From: an uncultured Gammaproteobacteria bacterium
GTDB taxonomy: Bacteria > Patescibacteriota > Patescibacteriia > SBBC01 > CAIJZX01
Assembly: GCA_964397195.1 (NCBI GenBank)
Contig: CAYNGY010000002.1
Location: 116,012-180,011 of the forward strand
Direction: 5' to 3'
DNA: 64,000 nucleotides
Of this stretch, positions 10,404-19,776 are shown piece by piece (within the stretch, counting starts at the first letter, position 1; every line of letters begins with the position of its first letter). The position numbers and the translations under genes were made by a program. A model generated the notes under the pieces. It saw nothing but the letters and a program-made list of their open reading frames with translations. It made no database searches and was not told where the DNA came from.

Positions 10404-10847
10404 CTAGTGGGGAGCGGGTGGAGCACTCGGGGTGCGTTCGGAGACGTCGGGTGTCTCCGGATTCGTGGGGAGCGGGAGATGACTCGGGTGTTGGCCGATG
10501 CGGTGGAGGATCCCGACGAGGAGCGGGTGCATCTGACGTTTCCGGAGCTGTCGGTAGATCTCTTCGATCTCCTTGGCGGTGATCTTGGCCTGTTCGACGG
10601 TCGGGCGGCTGTGTCGATGGTGGACCCACCGGGTATGGTGGTAGTTGGTGATATGCCCGACGCCGAGCGGGACGTCGATGGCCTGGAAGAACTCGGTTAT
10701 GTGCAAGGCCAACGTGCCTTCGTCCGTCTTCGGTCCGTACGGTGTCCAGTGTGTCAGTGACTCGACCGGTGGGAGCAGGTGCAAGTACGCGCGGAGCGCG
10801 GTGGCGTCGAAGATGCGCAGTGGCGGTATCGGTGGTGACGTTGGCAT
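10404..10847 (-). CDS. hypothetical protein
   Basis: 147-aa ORF with GGAGG upstream, directly downstream of the DedA-like gene. Confidence 0.55.
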   Translation of the reverse strand: MPTSPPIPPLRIFDATALRAYLHLLPPVESLTHWTPYGPKTDEGTLALHITEFFQAIDVPLGVGHITNYHHTRWVHHRHSRPTVEQAKITAKEIEEIYRQLRKRQMHPLLVGILHRIGQHPSHLPLPTNPETPDVSERTPSAPPAPH

Positions 10848-10865
10848 ATCCGCCTCCCATGCCGC

Positions 10866-11480
10866 TTAGATCTCGGCCAGGACATCATCGTCCTCATCCT
10901 CATCGTCGTTCATGAAGATGGTCAGGCCCCGATCGAGCACGCGCCTCATCAGTGCCTTCCCGAGGATGAAGAGGACGATGAGGAGCATCAGGATGATGGC
11001 GATCGGATGGTACATCAGTCGGTTGAGGCCGACGTACCAGGGGTGACTGAGAATCCACTTCGCTCCGAGCACGATCGGCAGGTTGTGCGCCGTTCGTCCG
11101 ATACACTGGGCGAGGAAGAAGCGACGCGGCGAGTACCGCGTGCTGCCGGCCAGCGCACAGCTGACGTGATCGGGGAGGAGCGTGAAGTTCAGGGCGACCT
11201 GGAGTAGGAACATGTACCGCTTGAGATGGCTCACCAGCCAGCGGAACGTCCGGCTTCTGTTCGCCGTTCGTTCGAGCAGATCGGCGGTGCCATGCTGGTA
11301 CCCCTTGACCAGGTGTAGCATCCCGGCGGCGCCGATGACATTGGCGACGATCAGGACGATCCACCACGGGGTCGTGGCGGTCGCGGTGGCGGTGGCCGCA
11401 GCGCGGTAGATGAAGAAGGGGAACGGGATCGTTGGGGTGATCAGGTTGTACCAGACCATCATCCAAAATTCGCGGTCCAT
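10866..11480 (-). CDS. DedA/VTT (SNARE-associated)-like membrane protein
   Basis: IVANVIGA...; NFTLLPDHVSCALAGSTRYSPRRFFLAQCIGR resembles the DedA/VTT core; GGAG SD. Confidence 0.6.
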   Translation of the reverse strand: MDREFWMMVWYNLITPTIPFPFFIYRAAATATATATTPWWIVLIVANVIGAAGMLHLVKGYQHGTADLLERTANRSRTFRWLVSHLKRYMFLLQVALNFTLLPDHVSCALAGSTRYSPRRFFLAQCIGRTAHNLPIVLGAKWILSHPWYVGLNRLMYHPIAIILMLLIVLFILGKALMRRVLDRGLTIFMNDDEDEDDDVLAEI

Positions 11481-11589
11481 GCGGTTCTCCCGGTTGATTG
11501 TCGAAGGGCGTATCCGGGGTGACCTTACCCCTGCCCGGAGGCGGTTGTCAATCCAAGGCGGTTCGACAATCGCGGATAGGCGTGATATC

Positions 11590-11614
11590 CTTAATGAGAG
11601 TAACTCTCATTAAG
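11590..11614. promoter_or_regulatory. perfect 12-1-12 palindromic operator (Fur-box-like) ahead of the fur-bcp-suf operon
   Basis: CTTAATGAGAGT-A-ACTCTCATTAAG ending 2 nt before the fur ATG. Confidence 0.8.
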
Positions 11615-11616
11615 CT

Positions 11617-11997
11617 ATGATCTACCGACAGAGTCAGCATCGGCAGGCCATACTCCGCGTGGTGAAGTTTTCGGCGGAACCGATGACATCCGGCGAGATT
11701 CACCGTCGGCTCCCGCGAGTGCCTGAGGCGACCCTCTTCCGCAATCTAGAACGTCTCGTCGAGCGGGGAGAAATATTTTTGATCGACGGGATCCCTGGCA
11801 AACGCGGATATGTCGGTCACACCTGGCATGAGGCGGAGTTTACCTGTGTGCAGTGTGGCAAAAAACGCCATTTGAAACACCGATCGCTGCCGGGGTACGT
11901 TGACCGCAAAATGTTTGGGCATCAGGAAATTTTTACCACGCAACTGATGGCGCAGGGACGCTGTGGCACCTGTGCGAAGAAAGGGCCGCGACGATGA
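11617..11997 (+). CDS. Fur-family transcriptional repressor
   Basis: RQAIL...ATLFRNLERLVERG HTH; H-x-x-F-x-CxxCG and C-terminal GxCxxC Zn motifs. Confidence 0.85.
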   Translation: MIYRQSQHRQAILRVVKFSAEPMTSGEIHRRLPRVPEATLFRNLERLVERGEIFLIDGIPGKRGYVGHTWHEAEFTCVQCGKKRHLKHRSLPGYVDRKMFGHQEIFTTQLMAQGRCGTCAKKGPRR

Positions 11998-12452
11998 AAA
12001 CGATGCTCGGCCAACCGGCGCCGGACTTTACTCTCAACGATCAGGAGGGGAATGTTGTGTCGTTGGCACATTTTCACGGTCAGCACCCGGTCCTCTTGGT
12101 TTTTTATCCCGGCGATGATACGCCCGGGTGTACCGTACAACTGTGTGCAATTCGGGACTCTTGGTCGGCGTTTCAGGCGTATCATGTGGCGGTCTACGGG
12201 ATTAATCCGGGAAATGCTGAGTCGCATACAACATTTTGGCGTCATCATGGCTTAAAAACGCCGCTGCTCGTTGATACCGATGCGGTCGTGACTCGGGCCT
12301 ACGGCGCGATGAAGAAGTTTTTTCGAACGGAGATTGTTAACCGGACGGTGGTGTTGATCGACCGGGACGGTATGATTCGCGCGTATTGGCGGGGGATGCC
12401 CTCGACCGAAACAATCCTCGCCGCGATTCGTGAGTTGCCTGCCCATGTCTGA
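11994..12452 (+). CDS. bcp: peroxiredoxin (BCP/PrxQ)
   Basis: APDFTL...FYPGDDTPGCTVQLC (CxxxxC). Confidence 0.9.
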   Translation: MKTMLGQPAPDFTLNDQEGNVVSLAHFHGQHPVLLVFYPGDDTPGCTVQLCAIRDSWSAFQAYHVAVYGINPGNAESHTTFWRHHGLKTPLLVDTDAVVTRAYGAMKKFFRTEIVNRTVVLIDRDGMIRAYWRGMPSTETILAAIRELPAHV

Positions 12453-13179
12453 GTTTCAGATTCGGGATCTAGCGGTACGGGTCGGCGAGAAGCCGATTCT
12501 GCGTGGAGTGACGCTTGATGTTCGCCCGGGGGAAGTCCATGCCCTGATGGGGCCGAATGGATCCGGGAAGTCGACGCTAGCGGCGACGCTGACGGGCCAT
12601 CCGGGCTATACCGTGACCGGCGGGTCGGCGGCAATTGATGGACACGACCTCTTGGCGATGACGCCCGATGCGCGTTCGCGGGCCGGAATTTTTTTGTCAT
12701 TTCAGTATCCCCTCGAGATTCCGGGATTACGATACGGACAGTTCTTGCATGCTGCGCTACAGGCTCATCGCGGGACGGACTGGTCGATGCAACAATCGTA
12801 TGCGCTGATTGCCGAGCGGCTAAAACTGCTCGGACTTGATGACGCGTTGCTCGAGCGGTCGTTGAATGAAGGATTCTCTGGTGGTGAGAAAAAACGAGCC
12901 GAGATGTTACAACTGGCGGTTCTCGAGCCGGACTGGTGCATTCTTGATGAGACGGATTCGGGATTAGATATCGATGCTCTCAAGATTGTGGCGAGCAGTA
13001 TTAATGCGTTGCGGTCATCCGATCGAGGCTGGCTGATCATTACCCATTATCGACGTTTACTCGATTTGGTACGGCCCGACCGAGTTTCCGTTATGACTGA
13101 TGGGAAAATTGTGCGAACCGGTGGTCCGGAATTAGTGGCTGATTTGGAACAACATGGATATGCGTCGGCGCGTGAATAA
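12445..13179 (+). CDS. sufC: Fe-S cluster assembly ATPase SufC
   Basis: GPNGSGKST; FQYPLEIPG; LNEGFSGGEKKRAE; LDETDSGLDIDAL. Confidence 0.95.
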   Translation: MSEFQIRDLAVRVGEKPILRGVTLDVRPGEVHALMGPNGSGKSTLAATLTGHPGYTVTGGSAAIDGHDLLAMTPDARSRAGIFLSFQYPLEIPGLRYGQFLHAALQAHRGTDWSMQQSYALIAERLKLLGLDDALLERSLNEGFSGGEKKRAEMLQLAVLEPDWCILDETDSGLDIDALKIVASSINALRSSDRGWLIITHYRRLLDLVRPDRVSVMTDGKIVRTGGPELVADLEQHGYASARE

Positions 13180-13181
13180 CT

Positions 13182-13251
13182 ACCACCTCCTTTCGCCAGT
13201 TGGCGAAAGACCCTTCCTTGGCATCCCCGCGCGAGCGGGGAAAGGAGGGGA
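13182..13251. repeat. REP-like nested palindromic element between sufC and sufB
   Basis: hairpins CTTTCGCCA/TGGCGAAAG and CCCTTCCTT...AAGGAGGGG enclosing CCCCGC-GCGA-GCGGGG. Confidence 0.5.
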
Positions 13252-13269
13252 TGTGCAGGAGCCGATCGC

Positions 13270-14676
13270 ATGAGCCTGCCTCTCCCAGCGGCGCTGGCAA
13301 CCGATCGGTATCAGTACGGGTTCGCCATGCCGGATTCGTCGATTCTGACCTCGGGACGAGGGTTAACCGACGCGACGATTAAGAATATTTCGGCGTGGAA
13401 GAAAGAACCGGCCTGGATGACTGAACAGCGACTGAAAGCCCACGCGGTGTTTTTGGCCAAGCCCATGCCGCCGTGGGGTGCGGATCTGTCCGGGTTACCG
13501 TTTGAGGATCTGACATATTATTTGCGTCCGGCGGAGGCGGTGGCGCGTTCGTGGGATGAGGTGCCGTCGGATATTCGATCGACGTACGATCGGATTGGTG
13601 TACCGGAAGCGGAAAAAAAGTATTTGGCGGGCGTCGGCGCACAGTATGATAGTGAGGTGATCTATCACTCCATCCAGGACATCTTAAAAAAACAGGGCGT
13701 CATATTTACCGATATGGATACGGCTCTGCGCGAGTATCCGGAGATTGTGCAGCAGTATTTTGGTACGCTTATCCCGGCAGCGGATAATAAATTTTCTGCA
13801 CTGAACTCCGCGGTTTGGTCCGGCGGGTCGTTTGTCTATGTGCCGGCCGGAGTCCATGTTGATTTGCCGCTCCAAGCTTATTTTCGGATCAACGCGCGCT
13901 CGATGGGACAGTTTGAACGGACACTGATTGTCGCCGAACCTGGAAGCTCCGTCCACTATGTAGAAGGGTGTACCGCGCCGATTTACTCAACGGCGTCGTT
14001 GCATGCGGCAGTGGTGGAAATATTTGTGAAGCCTGGCGCGAAGGTGCGGTATACGACCATTCAAAATTGGTCGAAGGATGTCTACAATTTAGTCACCAAG
14101 CGGGCGCAGGTGGGGGAAGAGGGTGTGATGGAATGGATTGACGGGAATTTGGGTTCGCGGGTGACCATGAAATATCCGAGCGTTTATCTAGTTGGACGGA
14201 AGGCGCATGGTGAAGTGCTGTCGTTGGCCATGGCCGGAGCGGATCAGCATCAGGACGCGGGCGGGAAGGCGATTCATGTCGCACCGGAAACATCGTCGAT
14301 CATTACCTCAAAATCGGTGTCTCGGAATGGCGGCCGAACGTCGTACCGCGGGCTCGTCCACATTGCCCCGACGGCCCATGACTCGAAATCGAGCGTCAAG
14401 TGTGATGCCCTGCTCATGGACGATCGATCACGATCGGATACGTACCCAACGATGAAAGTTCGGGCCAAGCGAGTCACCCTTGGTCATGAAGCCTCGGTCT
14501 CAAAAGTCGGGGAGGAGCAGTTGTTTTATATGCGTTCGCGCGGATTTGACGAAGCGGCGGCGACGGGGCTGATTGTTGGTGGATTTTTGGATCCGATCGT
14601 TCGAGAGCTTCCCTTTGAATATGCCGTTGAGTTAAATAAATTGATTTCATTAGAAATGGAAGGGAGTGTGGGATGA
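13270..14676 (+). CDS. sufB: Fe-S cluster assembly protein SufB
   Basis: GVGAQYDSEV; GQFERTLI; YVEGCTAP; TMKYPS; HEASVSK; LEMEGSVG end. Confidence 0.97.
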   Translation: MSLPLPAALATDRYQYGFAMPDSSILTSGRGLTDATIKNISAWKKEPAWMTEQRLKAHAVFLAKPMPPWGADLSGLPFEDLTYYLRPAEAVARSWDEVPSDIRSTYDRIGVPEAEKKYLAGVGAQYDSEVIYHSIQDILKKQGVIFTDMDTALREYPEIVQQYFGTLIPAADNKFSALNSAVWSGGSFVYVPAGVHVDLPLQAYFRINARSMGQFERTLIVAEPGSSVHYVEGCTAPIYSTASLHAAVVEIFVKPGAKVRYTTIQNWSKDVYNLVTKRAQVGEEGVMEWIDGNLGSRVTMKYPSVYLVGRKAHGEVLSLAMAGADQHQDAGGKAIHVAPETSSIITSKSVSRNGGRTSYRGLVHIAPTAHDSKSSVKCDALLMDDRSRSDTYPTMKVRAKRVTLGHEASVSKVGEEQLFYMRSRGFDEAAATGLIVGGFLDPIVRELPFEYAVELNKLISLEMEGSVG

Positions 14677-15182
14677 CGAGACCCGGAGACAAAGACTGGT
14701 TACCCTACGATGAATATTTACGTCGGGCAGCGCGCAAGCGATGTTCGGCGGGGGCGATTTTTTTGAACGAGGCTGGGGAGATGTTGCTCGTTAAACCGGG
14801 GTACAAAGAGGGTTGGACTATCCCTGGCGGTGCCGTTGATACGCAGGAATCGCCTCGCAATGCTTGTGTCCGTGAAGTGGCCGAGGAACTGGGTCTAAAT
14901 ATCCCACTGCCGGAATTTATCGCGGTTATTCATGTGCCTCGACCGGAGAAAAATGACGAGGTGCTCCATTTTATGTTTTTTGGTGGCACGCTTTCATCTC
15001 AACAAATTCATGAGATAAAAATTCAGCCGAGTGAATTAGATGAATATCGATTCGTACCCATCGATGAAGTCGGCCAGTATGCGAATAAAAACTTCACACA
15101 GGTTGTTCCACAACTAATGCAAGCCATAGAAGGACACCGACCGGTATTCATCGACGAACCTGGGAGAACGCAAGCATCATGA
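14673..15182 (+). CDS. NUDIX hydrolase
   Basis: PGGAVDTQESPRNACVREVAEELG Nudix box. Confidence 0.9.
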   Translation: MTRPGDKDWLPYDEYLRRAARKRCSAGAIFLNEAGEMLLVKPGYKEGWTIPGGAVDTQESPRNACVREVAEELGLNIPLPEFIAVIHVPRPEKNDEVLHFMFFGGTLSSQQIHEIKIQPSELDEYRFVPIDEVGQYANKNFTQVVPQLMQAIEGHRPVFIDEPGRTQAS

Positions 15183-15814
15183 GTAACGACGAACTTCGCC
15201 AAACCTACAATCGGATTGCGGATGACTGGCATGCCGATCATCTGAAAGACACGTGGTGGGCTGAGGGCACAGAAGCGTTTCTTACGTTCCTCAAAAAGGG
15301 CGACCACATTCTTGATCTTGGTTGTGCTGGCGGCGTGAAATCCAAGTTTTTGATCGACCATGGTTTTCGTGTGGTTGGATCTGACCTCTCAGAAGAGATG
15401 ATTCGGATTGCGAAAAGCTACGAGCCACGAGGTACGTTCATGCAGATGGATATACTACAAACTAGTTCACTGAAAGAACGGTTTGATGGGGTGTTTATTC
15501 AGGCCGTACTCCTTCATATCCCAAAGATCCAAATTCCTACAGCCGTACATCAGGCTGTGAGCGTTTTAAAACCGGGCGGAATATTCTACGTTGCGGTAAA
15601 AGAGCAGCGTGTGGGACAGCCGGCCGAGGAGATAAAAATGGAACATGATTATGGATATCCCTACCAACGTTTCTTTAGTTATTTTACGACCGGAGAAATT
15701 CGCGGACATATCGAGCAGTCCGGATGTCGCGTCCTGCGCGAGATTCGGACCGTTTCAGGCAAGACGGTATGGATTCAATTGATTGCCCAGAGAATGACGA
15801 CGCCGATTGTATGA
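15179..15814 (+). CDS. class I SAM-dependent methyltransferase
   Basis: ILDLGCAGG; DLSEEMI; FDGV...LLH; LKPGG. Confidence 0.9.
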   Translation: MSNDELRQTYNRIADDWHADHLKDTWWAEGTEAFLTFLKKGDHILDLGCAGGVKSKFLIDHGFRVVGSDLSEEMIRIAKSYEPRGTFMQMDILQTSSLKERFDGVFIQAVLLHIPKIQIPTAVHQAVSVLKPGGIFYVAVKEQRVGQPAEEIKMEHDYGYPYQRFFSYFTTGEIRGHIEQSGCRVLREIRTVSGKTVWIQLIAQRMTTPIV

Positions 15815-16278
15815 ATATCCGAGCCGCCACTATAGCCGATCATCCCGCGCTCTATGCGCTCGGTTTGGCGACGCCTGAATTTCAGGTTGGGGCTGAGGGT
15901 CCGTTTATGGAGCCGGACGAGTTTTTGTCGGCCATCGAAAATCCTCATGGAACGTTTCTCTTAGCGGAGGATGGCCAGGTTATCCTTGGGTTTGTCTATG
16001 CCAGCCGACAAGATGTCGAGCGTGGTCCGCGAACATCCTGGGCGTGCCTTGTGTACCTAGTCGTCGAGTCAGCCCATCGGAAACGCGGAGTGGCGCGGAA
16101 ATTATATACGGCTTGCATTAACGACCTTCGCACGCACGGCGTGCGCTCCGTGTACGCGTGGGCAAACACCGAGAGTGACGGTAGTATTGTTTCCTTCTTG
16201 AAGAAGGAGGGGTATGCCGCTGGACATCGGTACGTTTGGATGGACAAAGATATTGGGATTCAACAAGATGCCTCCTAA
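15811..16278 (+). CDS. GNAT N-acetyltransferase
   Basis: MNIRAATIAD start; LVVESAHRKRGVARKL acetyl-CoA motif. Confidence 0.85.
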   Translation: MNIRAATIADHPALYALGLATPEFQVGAEGPFMEPDEFLSAIENPHGTFLLAEDGQVILGFVYASRQDVERGPRTSWACLVYLVVESAHRKRGVARKLYTACINDLRTHGVRSVYAWANTESDGSIVSFLKKEGYAAGHRYVWMDKDIGIQQDAS

Positions 16279-16873
16279 TCATTTCAAGACCGTTAATGTG
16301 TCGCAGGATACCCAGATTCAGGACAATCTCCATGAATCGGATATTCGTTATACCGTCGCCGCCGGCGTTTGTTTCCAGCTCTGGCTCGACGCGCTGGGCG
16401 GACAATCTGAACCACGGGTGCGCGAGATCGTTTTAGCGGAGCCTGGGGCGCGGGCCGAGATTCGTGGCGTCTTCTCCGGGCGAGCAAAAGAGTCGTTACG
16501 TCTCCAGCTTGATACGATCCACCAAGCGCCGCATACCACTGCCGCGACCGATTTTCGGGCGGTACTGCGCGATGCGGCGGTGCTCGTGTTTCGTGGAATG
16601 ATCAAGATTGCACCCGGGGCGCAGGGGAGCCATGACTTTCTGCGGCAAGACTCGTTGATCTTGAGCGATGAAGCAAAGGCGGATTCTATTCCGGGGCTTG
16701 AAATTGAGGCCAATGATGTCAAAGCGTCCCATGGCGCGACCGCGAAACCCCTTGATCCAGAAATGATTCATTATGTGCAGAGTCGCGGAGTCCCCGCATC
16801 GGTCGCCGAAACGATGCTGATCGAATCATTTCTCCAACCTGTACGTTTCGCGAAAAGTATCGTAGGATCGTAA
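16268..16873 (+). CDS. sufD: short SufD-family protein
   Basis: FRGMIKI...LILSDEAKADSIPGLEIEANDVKASHGAT; YVQSRG; about 200 aa, C-terminal beta-helix part only. Confidence 0.85.
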   Translation: MPPNHFKTVNVSQDTQIQDNLHESDIRYTVAAGVCFQLWLDALGGQSEPRVREIVLAEPGARAEIRGVFSGRAKESLRLQLDTIHQAPHTTAATDFRAVLRDAAVLVFRGMIKIAPGAQGSHDFLRQDSLILSDEAKADSIPGLEIEANDVKASHGATAKPLDPEMIHYVQSRGVPASVAETMLIESFLQPVRFAKSIVGS

Positions 16874-16876
16874 TAT

Positions 16877-17389
16877 ATGGCACAGATTCGTGTACGTTCA
16901 GCTCGCGTTGGGGATACAGCCGATGTCGTTACGCTTTTTCAGGAGGCAGTGGTGTCTATTCCCGATTATTCGCCAAAATTACGGCGGCTCTTTTTTCGTA
17001 AATATCGGTCCGAGATCGTCACTAAACGGATTCGTGACCGGGCGGCATACTGTTTGCTGGCGGTGGATGGAAAAACCGTGGTTGGGTTTATCTGGGGGAT
17101 GCCGATGCGGGCCACAGAAGACGGCGTCTACTGGATGAACTGGGTTGGTGTTCATGCCGCTTACCGTCGGCGTGGGGTGGCGCGGCGAATGATGAAGGCG
17201 CTCGAGGCGGAGCTGCGGAAACATCAATTCCACAAACTTTGGTTTAATATTGATCCAAAGAATTCTCGCTCAGCGAAGACGTTTGCCGCTCTCGGATACC
17301 ACCAGATTGCCCGTGTGAAGCATCATTGGTACGGTCATGATGCGTTGCTGTGGGAAAAAGATTTGATGCCAACTAAGAAGGGGATGTAG
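16877..17389 (+). CDS. GNAT N-acetyltransferase
   Basis: VGVHAAYRRRGVARRMM; N...FAALGY. Confidence 0.85.
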   Translation: MAQIRVRSARVGDTADVVTLFQEAVVSIPDYSPKLRRLFFRKYRSEIVTKRIRDRAAYCLLAVDGKTVVGFIWGMPMRATEDGVYWMNWVGVHAAYRRRGVARRMMKALEAELRKHQFHKLWFNIDPKNSRSAKTFAALGYHQIARVKHHWYGHDALLWEKDLMPTKKGM

Positions 17390-17393
17390 CAGT

Positions 17394-18593
17394 ATGAAAC
17401 ATGTTCGTTCGGATTTCCCGATTCTCGCGGCTAATGCTGGTCTTCGATATCTTGACTCCACCGCTTCCAGCTTGAAGCCGACGGTCGTGATTGAAGCTGA
17501 GGCTGGTTTTTATCGCCAGCATGGAGTGAATGTGCATCGCGGCGTGTACGCGTTATCACAATCGGCGACCGAAAGCTATGAATCGTCACGCGAAGTTATT
17601 CGTGGCTTTATCCATGCTCGCTCGACGGCGGAGATTATTTTTACCCGCAATACAACTGAAGCCATCAATCTGGTGGCCCGAACATTCGGGATGACGCTTC
17701 AAGCGGGGGACGTCGTTGTCCTGAGCGAGATGGAACACCATTCCAATATTGTACCGTGGCAGCAACTTCGGGATGAGCGGGGGATTGAACTGCGATGGAT
17801 TCCCGTGACCGACGCTGGAGATCTCGATCTCAGTGCCTTAGATGCGCTGCTCGTCGGGGCAAAACTCGTGGCGGTGACGCAGATGTCAAATGTGCTCGGA
17901 GTGGTCAACGATGTTAAGGAAATTGCGGCCAAGGCCCACGCGCATGGTGCGCTCATGCTTGTCGATGGTGCACAATCTGTTCCACATATGCCGGTGGATG
18001 TTCAGGATCTCGATTGTGATTGGTTAGTATTCTCCGGGCATAAAATGTGTGGCCCGATGGGAATCGGTGTGCTCTATGGACGGCAGTCCGTGCTGGAAGC
18101 CATGCCGCCGTTTCTGCGAGGTGGCGATATGATTCTTTCGGTCACGAAAGAGGCGGCGACATGGAATGAGTTGCCGTGGAAGTTCGAAGCCGGAACGCCG
18201 AATGCCGCTGGAGCTGTTGCATTAGGGGTGGCCACACAGTATTTACAGAAAATTGGCATGCAAACAATTTGGGAACACGACCTGGCTTTAGCGGCGCACG
18301 GGCGAGAGGTGTTGACGGCTATCTCCGGCCTACGGTTGCTCGGTGCCGACGCCCTATCACCACGCGGGGCGATATTCTCGTTTGATCTGAGCGGCGCTCA
18401 TCCGCATGATATCGGGTCACTCTTGGATGAAAAACAGATCGCGGTTCGTGCTGGCCATCACTGTGCCCAGCCGCTTCACGCACGATTCGGGCTCGGAGCG
18501 ACGACACGGGCGAGTGGGTATCTCTATACAACGGAAGACGAACTCACCGCATTGGCGAGCGAACTTGATTCCATCCGGACTCTGTTCTCATGA
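17394..18593 (+). CDS. sufS: cysteine desulfurase SufS
   Basis: YLDSTAS; EHHSNIVPW; FSGHKMCGP (PLP Lys); VRAGHHCAQPL. Confidence 0.96.
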   Translation: MKHVRSDFPILAANAGLRYLDSTASSLKPTVVIEAEAGFYRQHGVNVHRGVYALSQSATESYESSREVIRGFIHARSTAEIIFTRNTTEAINLVARTFGMTLQAGDVVVLSEMEHHSNIVPWQQLRDERGIELRWIPVTDAGDLDLSALDALLVGAKLVAVTQMSNVLGVVNDVKEIAAKAHAHGALMLVDGAQSVPHMPVDVQDLDCDWLVFSGHKMCGPMGIGVLYGRQSVLEAMPPFLRGGDMILSVTKEAATWNELPWKFEAGTPNAAGAVALGVATQYLQKIGMQTIWEHDLALAAHGREVLTAISGLRLLGADALSPRGAIFSFDLSGAHPHDIGSLLDEKQIAVRAGHHCAQPLHARFGLGATTRASGYLYTTEDELTALASELDSIRTLFS

Positions 18594-18964
18594 ATTCGAA
18601 TATGTATCAACAGCAAATTCTCGATCACGCGCGTCATCCGCATAACTTTGGCATCCTCGAGGGTGCGACGGCTACGGCGGAGAAAGTGAATCCGCTGTGT
18701 GGCGATGAGGTGACGTTTTTTTTGGAGTTTGGTGATGATCAACGCGTCACACAGGCCAAGTTTTCCGGTCGCGGTTGTGCTATTTCGCAAGCGGCGGCGT
18801 CAATGCTCACCGATGCCCTGATCGGGAAGAGCCGCGAAGAAATTTCTGCGCTTGGACCGGATGAAATGAAAGCGCTACTCGGAGTTGATGTAAACCCGGC
18901 GCGGATCACCTGTGCGACACTAGGACTCCAGGCGGCACAACGCGCCGTGACCGTGCCCGAGTAG
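18590..18964 (+). CDS. sufU: SufU/IscU-type scaffold or sulfur transfer protein
   Basis: NPLCGD; GCAISQAAASM; RITCATL (three Cys). Confidence 0.9.
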   Translation: MNSNMYQQQILDHARHPHNFGILEGATATAEKVNPLCGDEVTFFLEFGDDQRVTQAKFSGRGCAISQAAASMLTDALIGKSREEISALGPDEMKALLGVDVNPARITCATLGLQAAQRAVTVPE

Positions 18965-18967
18965 CAT

Positions 18968-19009
18968 AAAAAGGGGCCCCGACTCGCGTGAGCGAGCCGG
19001 AGCTTTTTT
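18968..19009. terminator. probable bidirectional intrinsic terminator
   Basis: A-tract, GC-rich stem with CTCGC-GTGA-GCGAG core, T-tract, between convergent genes. Confidence 0.65.
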
Positions 19010-19013
19010 GGCT

Positions 19014-19676
19014 TCAGAGGCTGACCGATTCGATCGGTGCGCCACCGAAGTGGGTGATGATCCGATTGGCCTCATCGGTGAAGGGCGGTTCGAATCGGAA
19101 CCGCTGACGCATGACGAGTTCGTACCAGGTGCGGGGCAGGCCGCGTGATTCACGGTCGTCGTCAGCCGCCCGGAGCCGATCGTAGTGGACGAGCGGGTGC
19201 GGCTGGACCCAGACGATTGAGGTGTCGAAATCGCGCTGATGCGCCTGTTTGGTGATGGCCAGACGTGACCAGCGATCGAGATTGCAGGCGTCGACGACGA
19301 AGGCGATATCGCGTCGAATCAGCTCGGTACAAAGTTGCCCGCGGACCCAGTGCGTCAGGAACTGGCGCTTCCAGAACGCATGACTATGGATGGCGGTGTT
19401 TTCTTGCAGGTCCGGGTAGAGGGCGTTCAGCTCGGCGTGGAGCACATCAGTCTCGATACAGACGAGATCTTGCAGGTCGGGGTGACTTCGCCGGAAGTGT
19501 GACTTCCCAGCACAGCTGAATCCGACGAGCAGGACCACGCGCTTGGTGAAGGCGGATGTGGTGGCCGCCTGAACCCGTGGCCCGATGATGTGCGTCGAAA
19601 GGAAGGCGCGCTCTGGTGCCTGACGGAGCAACATTCGTGCCGCGACAAATCCCTTTGCCATCTGCCAACTGAACAT
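19014..19676 (-). CDS. P-loop kinase-like (AAA_33-type) protein
   Basis: VGFSCAGKS Walker A; VVDACNL...R; RFEPP; GGAGG SD and TTGACA/TAGTCT promoter upstream. Confidence 0.75.
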   Translation of the reverse strand: MFSWQMAKGFVAARMLLRQAPERAFLSTHIIGPRVQAATTSAFTKRVVLLVGFSCAGKSHFRRSHPDLQDLVCIETDVLHAELNALYPDLQENTAIHSHAFWKRQFLTHWVRGQLCTELIRRDIAFVVDACNLDRWSRLAITKQAHQRDFDTSIVWVQPHPLVHYDRLRAADDDRESRGLPRTWYELVMRQRFRFEPPFTDEANRIITHFGGAPIESVSL

Positions 19677-19776
19677 AAAGGTGCCTCCCCGTGCGCAACA
19701 ATTACTCCTGTGACCGAGCGCAGAGACTAGCCGATGGTTGTCTTCCTGTCAACCCCCGATGGGTGACGATGGATTT

